Positions 1-14,200 of a DNA stretch of 64,000 nucleotides are shown here, piece after piece. The notes under the pieces are model-generated. The model did not search any database and was not told the DNA's origin. It worked only from the letters and a program-made list of their open reading frames with translations. Every line of letters begins with the position of its first letter. The stretch's first letter is position 1. The translations under genes were made by a program, and so were the position numbers. The DNA is from Eledone cirrhosa (taxonomy: Eukaryota): contig OZ024745.1 in the NCBI GenBank assembly GCA_964016885.1, positions 47,058,001-47,122,000 on the forward strand. Direction: 5' to 3'.

Positions 1-3429
<3,429 letters not shown>

Positions 3430-3607
3430 TCATTTGGCAGTATCGGTAGAGGGTCGGACGCCATGCTTTCCAGCATAGTTACGTCCCTTTACGATCTGAG
3501 TTCAAATCCCGCCGAGGTTGACTTTGCCTTTCATCCTTACGGGGTCGATAAAATAAAGTACCAGTAATGCACTGGATAATTGCTGGCCTTGTGCCTAAAG
3601 TAGAAAC

Positions 3608-3612
<5 letters not shown>
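3430..3612 (+). mobile_element. tRNA-derived SINE (octopod type, Nin/Deu-like central domain)
   Basis: A-box TGGCAGTATCGG, B-box GAGTTCAAATC, central GCCTTTCATCCTTACGGGGTCGATAAA. Reverse-complement copies lie at 10428-10949. Confidence 0.85.
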
Positions 3613-3701
<89 letters not shown>

Positions 3702-3745
3702 CTGTGTGTATATATATATACGTATCTGTGTGTGTCTGTATGTAT
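3611..3745. repeat. (TA)n(TG)n microsatellite
   Basis: Directly visible. Confidence 0.95.
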
Positions 3746-3905
3746 ATTAGAAAACTGTGAATAGGAAAATTTAAGAAGAAAGATTTGTAAATATCTTTTC
3801 AACCTGGTATATAAATATTTTGGAAGCCTGTTTACAAATGTTGATCAGTTGATGAAATAGTTTTTAAAATGGCATAAAAATATATTTTCAAATCAGTCAC
3901 TGATA

Positions 3906-3911
3906 TTTATT
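3906..3911 (-). promoter_or_regulatory. Candidate polyadenylation signal (AATAAA) of the copper-transporter gene
   Basis: TTTATT on the + strand, ~20 nt downstream of the stop codon. The AT-rich context makes a chance match possible. Confidence 0.35.
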
Positions 3912-3931
3912 TTTAATAAAATTGCTGAGAA

Positions 3932-4089
3932 TTAAATTGATAAGTCACTGGACCGAGACAGAATCTCTGTATTATGTGAAACAGATGGAACCACATTAGA
4001 CGGAAATGTATATCTAGACGAAGTATTTGGTGATCTGTGAGCAAGATTCAAAAGTGCTGCATCAAAGAGGAAGTAACCAACGCTTGCAC
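3932..4089 (-). CDS. Ctr/SLC31-family copper transporter, terminal coding exon (end of TM3 plus C-terminal tail)
   Basis: Acceptor tctttttatgtttcAG (AG at 4091-4090). The phase-1 join with the upstream exon gives G-ASVGYFLFDAALLNLAHRSPNTSSRYTFPSNVVPSVSHNTEILSRSSDLSI*, containing the Ctr TM3 GxxxG motif. Stop TAA at 3934-3932. Confidence 0.88.
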
Positions 4090-4612
4090 CTGAAACATAA
4101 AAAGATGGAATGTGAGAAGAATGCCCTGTTTGTAAATAATCAGAACCTTACTCCATTTTCTCTTGTTCTTTAGATCCCATGTCATTGAATGTGAGTGTGT
4201 GACCTACATTGGTTTGACTCAAGACATCTTAGGAATAGAATTGCAGTGGTTGTAGTAGTAGTAGTATAAGGAAAACTCAATACATGATTTAAAGCAAATA
4301 TGTAAATATGCTTGCTTAAATGTGTACAGAAGGAAACCTCTCAGTCCCTTGAACTTTGACATGAGTTCTCTCCCTTTTCTCAGTCTGAAAGCAGTTTTGC
4401 TAACTTTCTTTCAGAGGCACTCTATATAATCATATAAACATGGCTCTTTGTCATCAGCTTCCAAAATTCATAGCTAAAGGCTTTCAAATGTTTATTCATA
4501 AACATACTATGTCATTAGATATACAAAATACACATACTTATATGTATATAGCTATGGTGGAATAAACACCTTAATTCTCTCTCTCTTTCTATATATATAT
4601 ATATATATTAGT

Positions 4613-4863
4613 TATGTAATAAACAACATAAGGTAATTATTCCATTTACCAGTGGTTTCTTGAAAGCAAACAAATTTTGTTTTCAATCATCAGAATGAAA
4701 AAATCCTGGTGTATTTATTGACATTGGATTTTAAAAACAAAAATATAATCTATATGAAAGTGAGGCTGGAAAAGGAAGAAGGAAAGGAAAAATAAACACA
4801 CATGCACACAAACACACACATACACATATACATACACACACATATATATATACACACATATAT

Positions 4864-4905
<42 letters not shown>

Positions 4906-5921
4906 TGGCTGCCAACTCGTTTTCGAGTACGGCCACTACTTTATATCCATGTAGGAAAACCCCTACCGATGCGCTGAACTAGTGTGACATTTTAGTCCAG
5001 CCAGCGACTTGAAAACTCTGGTACAAACACTACACTTGTGACAATTATTGACACAAAGTGCTGGGCCCATGGTACCATGTGACGACAAGTGCAGAGAGAT
5101 CTCCAGATATAAAGCAATGCCTGTGTTGTGAAGCTTTTATAGTGAGCAAAGGCACTGCACAAAGCCAGTCCCACTCTCTTAACCAAGATGATATTTACCA
5201 AAAAGAAGAACAAGTCAACATCATTGGATACCATCAGGGTTGCAGGTGTTATATCAGAGTTTTCCTTCTCCTAGAAATCTGCATTGACAAAGGCTAAGGG
5301 GTCATCTCTCCTGGTGATTTTGGATGGCCATTGACTCTTAAGAGCTCCTTTTCCCTTTGACAGGTTTTGTTTTTAGTCCTGCAGGATGTCCAAAGTCACC
5401 CTCCTCACCAAGAAACCTTGGTGGGGGTTGCCAGTTTAGTCGCTAATGACCCGACCATGGGACAGGTTATACTGGGATATATGTTACCAGTAGCACCAAC
5501 TGATGACCTGACATACATATATATATATACATACACGTACAAATACACATACATATACATACATACACACATATATATCCATACATACACACACACACAA
5601 ACACACACACATGTATATATATATATATATATATATATAGATACATCTATATATATATATATATATATATACACATAATCATACATATATACACACATAC
5701 ATACACATACATACACACATATATACACGCATACATACGCACACACAAATATAGATATATGTACACACACCTACATCCGCACACACACAATTAATTATAA
5801 GAAAAAATATAATAATAAAAATAAAAAACAATAGACGACCATATAGACCGTCACATAAAAATAAATGTAAAAATTATTATAAAGTTGACAGCGATACAGG
5901 AAACAAATAAATGAACAAACA
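4613..5921. repeat. Left arm of an inverted duplication, interrupted by microsatellite and a ~610-bp insertion
   Basis: 4613-4810 matches the reverse complement of ~7203-7401. 5785-5921 matches the reverse complement of 6895-7037. Confidence 0.9.
4903..5511 (-). mobile_element. Interspersed element inserted in a microsatellite, possibly RTE 5'UTR-related and non-autonomous
   Basis: GC-richer block absent from the right arm of the inverted duplication. The minus strand carries TCTAGGAGAAGGAAAACTCTGA, which I recall from RTE-type 5' regions (unverified). Confidence 0.5.
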
Positions 5922-6025
5922 CACGTGGTAAACAATACACATAATTACACATACACATACATACATATAAATAAATACATACACACACACAACACATACA
6001 CATACTTATACACATATATATACAT

Positions 6026-6066
<41 letters not shown>

Positions 6067-6178
6067 CATACATATACACACACACATACATATAAATACA
6101 TACACACACATGTATGTGTGTAAAACTCATTCTTAGATGTATTCATTGAACCTTGTTTAACTCTTATACATATATATA

Positions 6179-6591
6179 TGTAGCAAGAGTTGCCTTCCTT
6201 GTTGTAACGATCACATCACCAAGAGAGTAACGCTCTCTAGACAGGAAGTAGCTGGAGTTGCTTCCCGTTGGGGTGGCAGAGCCCTTTTTGTCACTTCCGT
6301 CCCAGTACCTATAAAGGGAATAACTTTCAGCTCTCTCTCTCTCATTTACCTTTCGGCTCCTGGCCTTCTAACTTGCCTGGCCCTTCGGCCAGGCGCGTTC
6401 GACTGGTAACCCTAACATGGTCTCTTCCGAGCTAACTTCAAAACGGTAACAAATAACTTTACTACATTCTTTCATCTACTTTCATTGACTTGTCAACCAT
6501 TCTGTTCTACATAACTGCGACTTGTTGATTAAACTTTATATACACAATCGAGCATCTTTGTTATATTCATACACACCAGTATTTTGTTATA
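6179..6591 (+). mobile_element. Probable solo LTR
   Basis: Starts TGTAGCAA and ends with a degenerate inverse TTGTTATA. Has TATAAA at ~6310, a (CT)n tract and ATTAAA at ~6528. Flanked by TA repeats. Confidence 0.5.
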
Positions 6592-6616
6592 TATACATAT
6601 ATACACATACACATAC

Positions 6617-6687
<71 letters not shown>

Positions 6688-6894
6688 ATATTAACAAATG
6701 GAAACTATATTTATAAAACCATATTTATTTCATTATACATATTTCAAGGGCCATCAAGGCAAACTATGGTGCGCTTTCATCAGATAAAATATAATTTACT
6801 CCAATAATTTGTTGAGTGCTTTATATCAGTTATAAAAATATTTTGCTTGTTGTATCCCAACAAATTAAATATAACCTCTACATATATATATATA

Positions 6895-7401
6895 TGTTTG
6901 TTCATTTATTTGTTTCCTGTATCGCTGTCAACTTTATAATAATTTTTACATTTAATTTTATTCTTATGTGACGGTCTATATGGTCGTCTATTGTTTTTTA
7001 TTTTTATTATTATATTTTTTCTTATAATTAATTGTGTGTATGCGTGTATATATGTGTGTATCTATGTGTGTGTATGTACATGTGTATATATGTATGATTA
7101 TGTGTGTATATATATATATATATAGATGTATATATATATATATATGTATGTATATATATATGTGTATGTATATATATGTGTGTATGTATATGTGTGTGTG
7201 TGTGCGTGCATGTGTGTTCATTTTTCCTTTCCTTCTTCCTTTTCTAGCCTCACTTTCATATAGATTATATTTTTGTTTTTAAAATCCAATGTCAATAAAT
7301 ACACCAGGATTTTTTTCATTCTGATGATTGAAAGCAAAATTTGTTTGCTTTCAAGAAACCACTGGTAAATTAAATAATTACCTTATGTTGTTTATTACAT
7401 A
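6895..7401. repeat. Right arm of the inverted duplication, with internal microsatellite
   Basis: Reverse complement of the unique parts of 4613-5921, with few mismatches. Confidence 0.9.
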
Positions 7402-7597
7402 GCTCTGTAACCTACATAGAGCACTCTTTTTTCCTGGACCTTTCCGACGGAATTACTTCATTCACACATATATATATATTAGTAAAAAGGAAAAGAAAAT
7501 GCTGACAAATTTTTCACTGGGAAAAATTTGTCAGCATTTTCTTTTCCTTTTTACTAATATATCACAACTCGTGTGTCATACCTCTATTTTTTTAAAC

Positions 7598-7937
7598 ATC
7601 ATCATCATCATCATTTTACGTCCGCTTTTCCCTGCTTGCAAGGGTGGGACAGGAACTGATTCTGGCTTTATTTCTACAGCTGCATGCAATTCCTAACACC
7701 AACCTCATTTACTGTGAGTGCTGGGTGTTTTTTTGCCGTGGCACCCCCACGACCACTTTGCAGTGGAATGATATGGACCCCAGTCCCTATCATCTCATTT
7801 CTACAGCTGAGTAAACTGGAGCAATGTGAAATAAAGTGTCTTGCTCAAGGAAACAACACATCACCAGGTCTGAAAATTGAACTCACAACCTTTCGATTGC
7901 AAGGCCAATGCTCTAACCACTAAGCCATGTGCCTTCA
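7598..7937 (-). mobile_element. tRNA-derived SINE with RTE-type 3' tail and (GAT)n end
   Basis: Minus-strand head TGGCTTAGTGGTTAG...GAGTTCAATT, central CCTTGAGCAAGACACTT, and tail GGTTGGTGTTAGGAA...CTGTAGAAA...GGACGT..(GAT)n shared with 9636-9792. Confidence 0.8.
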
Positions 7938-8457
7938 TTGGATATCTATATCTCTCTATATATATATATCTAAATATATATATATAGATATAGATATATA
8001 GAAATATATATATAACCACCATCATTGTTTAATACTCTCCCTTCTCGAAGAGTTGGGTGTATCTACATAAACCAAGTCATTACTGAAGCGGGGCTACTGA
8101 CCTGGACAGGTTTACATATGGCCATATGTTCTATCTAGTGCATAGGAAAAGAACTGAAAAGTCCTTTCAACCTCTTGTTTGGCAAGCTTTCTAATATCTA
8201 CTACTTTAATGCACTCACACATATATATATAATATGATGAGGGTCTAAGGCAAAACTAGTCAAGATATATTGAAATTTGAAGAAATATTTATTACAACAC
8301 CGGTCATGTTGAACACAATAAACCGGTTAGCTGCATCTTCCATTTTTTGTTTCTCATATCCACTTTACACAGTCAAGAATTAGCCAATATAAAATGTATA
8401 CTTCTATTTCTTCTTATATATATATATATATATATATATCATCTGGTAGGAAGGTAT

Positions 8458-8500
8458 ACGATGCTGACGATAGCTAATAAGCTTGAAACTAGTACATCGT
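8458..8500 (+). ncRNA. Minimal type I hammerhead ribozyme (Penelope/retrozyme-like)
   Basis: Stem I ACGATG/CATCGT, core CTGACGA, stem II AGCT-AATA-AGCT (U.U at its base), GAAA, palindromic ACTAGT in place of stem III, cleavage triplet GTA (8492-8494). Confidence 0.75.
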
Positions 8501-9189
8501 TCTTGTGTCAGTGTTGAACAAAAAGGTGACATGGTTGCCTAAACACTGTACGGCATAATTCGGGGTGTTTGTTTGTTTACAAACAAACCGATCATTGTAA
8601 TAAATGTTCGGTAAACTGATACATGCATATATATATGTGTGCATGTATGTATATATATACATACTACTATACGCCTGTATACATATATGTATGTACGTAT
8701 ACATACATGCATACTTACATTTAAGTAACTGCTGTACTAAGAGTGAGAAATGAAATTTTGTTTCATTCTATTCCATTTATATATATATATATATGTAGGA
8801 GGTGAGTTTTATTGTAGTACAATAAAGCAATGCAGATATAGCACTCTACAGTTTGTAGGACTAGAGTATAAATAATATAAGATCAAAAGATGGTTAAAAG
8901 AGTTCCATGTATTTTATTATGCACATTTCAAAAACAAATATCATCATGCAATGACATTTGCGTTTTCGTCAGATAAAATAGGGAGACATGATATGAAGGT
9001 TAAAAAACACTTGTGAATAGTGCAGTTTTAAATCAACATAATGGTTAAATCTTAGTTGTCAGGCTTCCCATCCTACAATAATATCTACACTCTACTTTCC
9101 TTAAGTTTAGAGTACTATGTTGAATAATGGTTTTACTAGTCTTTACAAGTAATATCTCATCTCTCTCTCTCTCTCTTTATATATATATT

Positions 9190-9792
9190 GATAAGAGGGA
9201 TCAGATGTTGTTATGGTCACGTGATGCGCATGAAGGATGATAGCTGTATAACAAAGTGCAGGGCAATAAAGATAGACGGTAGCCACGGAATAGGCAGACC
9301 CAGAAAAACCTGGGACGAGCTGATAAACACCGACCTCACACACTTACACCTCACCAAGACAATGTCACTGGACCGAGACCTTTGGCGGTACTCAGTAATA
9401 GAGAAGACCCGCCTTGCCAGTAGGCATCTCTAACAAAATACACCCCGTCCCACCACCCCCACCCCCACCCCATCCACACCACCCCGTTCTATGTAAAGTT
9501 ATGTTGGTGCCGCGCCATCGAGGCCGAAACAAATGAGATCGTGTAGGTGTCACGACAAAAAAACACACAGTCCACGCTGTAATGTGGCCGTGTAGGCAAC
9601 ACGGTAAAAACCTCCCAGACCCACACTGTAAATGTGGTTGGTGTTAGGAAGGGCATCCAACTGTAGAAAACCTGCCAGACAGTCCTATGCGAGCAAGAAA
9701 ATCACTCTTGCCTCAAGTGGGACTACCCCTGTCCAAACCCATGCAAGCGTGGAACACGGACGTTAAACGTTGATGATGATGATGATGATGAT
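9190..9792 (+). mobile_element. RTE-clade LINE 3' fragment (ORF C-terminus, 3'UTR and (GAT)n tail)
   Basis: Translation YGHVMRM...GRPRKTW...DRDLWR is typical of RTE ORF ends. Stop at 9433. Ends in GATGATGAT repeats. Confidence 0.85.
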
Positions 9793-9948
9793 ATATGTAT
9801 ATATATATGTATAGAGAATAGAGAGAGAGAGAGAAATTTCATATTTCTAAGGAAACATGGTATTTAGAAATACAAAATTTCTATACATATCTGTATACAG
9901 CTATGCCTGAAGCTAAATCCTAATTCTCTCTCTCTCTCTCTCTTATAT

Positions 9949-10026
9949 ATAGTCTGGAACTAGTTGTAAAAACGACAGGACCCCAAAGCTGAGCTCTTGC
10001 GATTTCTACAACTAGTTCCACACTAT
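9949..10026. repeat. Short inverted repeat / mini-MITE-like hairpin
   Basis: ATAGTCTGGAACTAGTTGTAAAAACG pairs with CGATTTCTACAACTAGTTCCACACTAT. Confidence 0.75.
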
Positions 10027-10252
10027 GATTTATATATGTATATATATATACATACACACACACTTACACACACATATACATACATATATATATGGAACTG
10101 AGGCTAAGCAATATCAATAAGATTCTTTACTGTTTATTTATATCAAAGAAAGTTTATCAGAATGACCCACTTGTATGATTCTGTTGTATCAATAGGAAAT
10201 GTCTCTTTTATTTCAATATGATCAATAAACGTAAGAAATATATGTTATTTAC

Positions 10253-10368
10253 CTAAAAGTACAGCAAGGAAAAACCATCCATTGAATGTCATGACCACTA
10301 ACATGATCAGGTAACCAAGGAAGGTGAGAAACATCTGCAGAAAAGTTTCTGCTAGATAGTATAGGCGA
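10253..10368 (-). CDS. Ctr/SLC31-family copper transporter, internal exon (TM2 and start of TM3)
   Basis: Acceptor is a T-tract followed by ccAG (AG at 10370-10369); donor GTaaat (10252-10251). The 116 nt translate as RLYYLAETFLQMFLTFLGYLIMLVVMTFNGWFFLAVLL-G, containing the Ctr MxxxM motif followed by TFN. Confidence 0.9.
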
Positions 10369-10427
10369 CTGGAAAAAAAAACAATAGTAAGAATATGAAA
10401 GATGAAAGATTATCATAATCATCATAA

Positions 10428-10949
10428 TAATTGTTTCTACTTTTGGCACAAGGCCAGCACATACCCAGTGTATTACTGGTACTTTATTTTATCGACCCCG
10501 TAAGGATGAAAGGCAAAGTTAACCTCAGCGGGATTTGAACTCAGAATGGCAAGGGCCGTAACTCTATGCGTCAAAGCATGGCGTCCGACCCTCTACCGAT
10601 ACTGCCAATTCACCATGATCATCATAATAATGATAATAGTAATAATAATAATAATTGTTTCGACTTTTTGGCACAAGGCCAGCAATTATCCCAGTGCATT
10701 ACTGGTACTTTATTTTATTAACCCTGTAAGGATGAAAGGCAAAGTTAACCTCAGCACGATTTGAACTCAGACCACAAAGGGACGTAACTCTATGCTGCAA
10801 AACATGGCATCCAACCCTTTACGGATACTGCCAATCCACCTCCCTACACCGTAAGGATGACAGGCAAAGTTAACCATGGTGGGATTTGAACTTAAACTGT
10901 AAAGGGCCGTAACTCTATGCTGCAAAGCATGGCGTCCGATCCTCTACTG
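10428..10949 (-). mobile_element. Three tandem copies of the tRNA-derived SINE (10428-10614, 10652-10843, partial 10847-10949)
   Basis: Each is a reverse complement of 3430-3612 (GTAAGGATGAAAGGCAAAGTTAACC...GATTTGAACT...). The first two end in (ATT/ATG)n tails. Confidence 0.88.
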
Positions 10950-11208
10950 GATAATAATAATATAACATCCGTTTTCCCTGCTAACAAAAGTTTGATGGGT
11001 CTACACAGACTGAACCAATACTCAAGCGGGGATACTGACTACTCATACAGTCGGTATCTTACTAACATATGGTCCCATACTCTACCAAATACATTTTATT
11101 GTGGTACCAGTAGAGAAGTTGTCATGTCTTTGATGAAACTGAATATTCTTCCAAACGCTTTGTTTAGCAACTTTTTTATGAAAAGGATGGTTGATTGGCA
11201 GAATTGGT

Positions 11209-14200
11209 TGAGCTGGGAGCATGTTATCATGACACCAGCACTACCACCTTACAGTATGAACTAGGAGCATTTTAGAAATGACACCAACACTACCACCTTA
11301 CAGTGTGTACTGGGAACATTTTATCATGACACCAGCACTACCACCTTACAGTGTGTACTGGGAGCATGTTATCATGACACCAGCGCTACCACCTTACAGT
11401 GTGAACTAGGAACATTTTATCATGACACCAGCACTACCACCTTACAGTGTGAACTGGGAGCATGTTATCATGACACCAGCACTACCACCTTACAGTGTGA
11501 ACTAGGAGCATTTTATCATGACACCAGCACTACCACCTTACAGTGTGAACTGGGAACATTTTATCATGACACCAGCACTACCACCTTACAGTGTGAACTA
11601 GGAACATTTTATCATGAAACCAGCACTACCACCTTACGGTGTGAACTAGGAACATTTTATCATGACATCAGCACTACCACCTTACAGTGTGAACTAGGAA
11701 CATTTTATCATGACACCAGCACTACCACCTTACAGTGTGTACTGGGAGCATGTTATCATGTCACCAGCACTACCACCTTACAGTGTGTACTGGGAGCATG
11801 TTATCATTACACCAGCACTACCACCTTACAGTGTGTACTGGGAGCATGTTATCATGACACCAGCACTACCACCTTACAGTGTGAACTGGGAGCATTTTAT
11901 CATGACACCAGCACTACCACCTTACAGTGTCAACTAGGAGCATTTTATCATGACACCAGCACTACCACCTTACAGTGTGAACTGGGAACATTTTATCATG
12001 ACACCAGCACTACCACCTTACAGTGTGAACTAGGAGCATTTTATCATGACACCAGCACTACCACCTTACAGTGTGAACTGGGAACATTTTATCATGACAC
12101 CAGCACTACCACCTTACAGTGTGAACTAGGAACATTTTATCATGACACCAGCACTACCACCTGACAGTGTGAACTAGGAGCATGTTATCATGACACCAGC
12201 ACTACCACCTTACAGTGTGAACTAGGAACATTTTATCATGACACCAGCACTACCACCTTACAGTGTGAACTAGGAGCATTTTATCATGACACCAGCACTA
12301 CCACCTTACTGTGTGTACTGGGAACATTTTATCATGACACCAGCACTACCACCTTACAGTGTGAACTAGGAACATTTTATCATGACACCAGCACTACCAC
12401 CTTACAGTGTCAACTATGAGCATTTTATCATGACACCAGCACTACCACCTTACAGTGTGTACTGGGAGCATGTTATCATGACACCAACACTACCACCTTA
12501 CAGTGTGAACTGGGAGCATGTTATCATGACACCAGCACTACCACCTTACAGTGTGTACTGGGAACATTTTATCATGACACCAGCACTACCACCTTACAGT
12601 GTGAACTGGGAACATTTTATCATGACACCAGCACTACCACCTTACAGTGTGAACTAGGAGCATTTTATCATGACACCAGCACTACCACCTTACAGTGTGA
12701 ACTGGGAGCATGTTATCATGACACCAGCACTACCACCTTACAGTGTGAACTAGGAACATTTTATCACAACACCAGCACTACCACCTTACAGTGTGAACTA
12801 GGAACATTTTATCATGACACCAGCACTACCACCTTACAGTGTGAACTAGGAGCATTTTATCATGACACCAGCACTACCACCTTACTGTGTGTACTGGGAA
12901 CATTTTATCATGACACCAGCACTACCACCTTACAGTGTGAACTAGGAACATTTTATCATGACACCAGCACTACCACCTTACAGTGTGAACTGGGAGCATG
13001 TTATCATGACACCAGCACTACCACCTTACAGTGTGAACTGGGAACATTTTATCATGACACCAGCACTACCACCTTACAGTGTGTACTGGGAGCATGTTAT
13101 CATGACACCAACACTACCACCTTACAGTGTGAACTGGGAGCATTTTATCATGACACCAGCACTACCACCTTACAGTGCGTACTGGGAACATTTTATCATG
13201 ACACCAGCACTACCACCTTACAGTGTGAACTAGGAGCATTTTATCATGACACCAGCACTACCACCTTACAGTGTGTACTGGGAGCATTTTATCATGACAC
13301 CAGCACTACCAGCTTACAGTGTCAACTAGGAGCATTTTCTCATGACACCAGCACTACCACCTTACAGTGTGAACTAGGAACATTTTATCATGACACCAGC
13401 ACTACCACCTTACAGTGTGAACTGGGAGCATGTTATCATGACACCAGCACTACCACCTTACAGTGTGAACTAGGAGCATTTTATCATGACACCAGCACTA
13501 CCACCTTACAGTGTGAACTGGGAACATTTTATCATGACACCAGCACTACCACCTTACAGTGTGTACTGGGAACATTTTATCATGACACCAGCACTACCAC
13601 CTTACAGTGTGTACTGGGAACATTTTATCATGACACCAGCACTACCACCTTACAGTGTGTACTGGGAACATGTTATCATGACACCAGCACTACCACCTTA
13701 CAGTGTGTACTGGGAGCATTTTATCATGACACCAGCACTACCACCTTACAGTGTGAACTAGGAGCATTTTATCATGACACCAGCACTACCACCTTACAGT
13801 GTGAACTAGGAACATTTTATCATGACACCAGCACTACCACCTTACAGTGTGAACTAGGAACATTTTATCATGACACCAGCACTACCACCTTACAGTGTGT
13901 ACTGGGAGCATGTTATCATGTCACCAGCACTACCACCTTACAGTGTGTACTGGGAGCATGTTATCATGACACCAGCACTACCACCTTACAGTCTGAACTG
14001 GGAGCATTTTATCATGACACCAGCACTACCACCTTACAGTGTCAACTAGGAGCATTTTATCATGACACCAGCACTACCACCTTACAGTGTGAACTAGCAG
14101 CATTTTATCATGACACCAGCACTACCACCTTACTGTGTGTACTGGGAACATTTTATCATGACACCAGCACTACCACCTTACAGTGTGAACTAGGAACATT

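Noticed and set aside
3944-3959. 16-nt match GTCACTGGACCGAGAC to the RTE fragment at ~9364
   Set aside because: Similarity does not extend and the segment lies within the Ctr coding exon; treated as chance.
5400-5511. HDV-like ribozyme at the 5' end of the minus-strand insertion
   Set aside because: A hairpin is present, but I could not build the P1/P1.1/P2 pseudoknot by eye.
7321-7340. CTGATGA..GAAA hammerhead-like core
   Set aside because: Only 2 nt separate the boxes, and there are no supporting stems.
11063-11140. Possible further Ctr exon on the minus strand (GTAAG donor at 11062)
   Set aside because: The frame needed to join the next exon contains a stop and shows no Ctr-like sequence.
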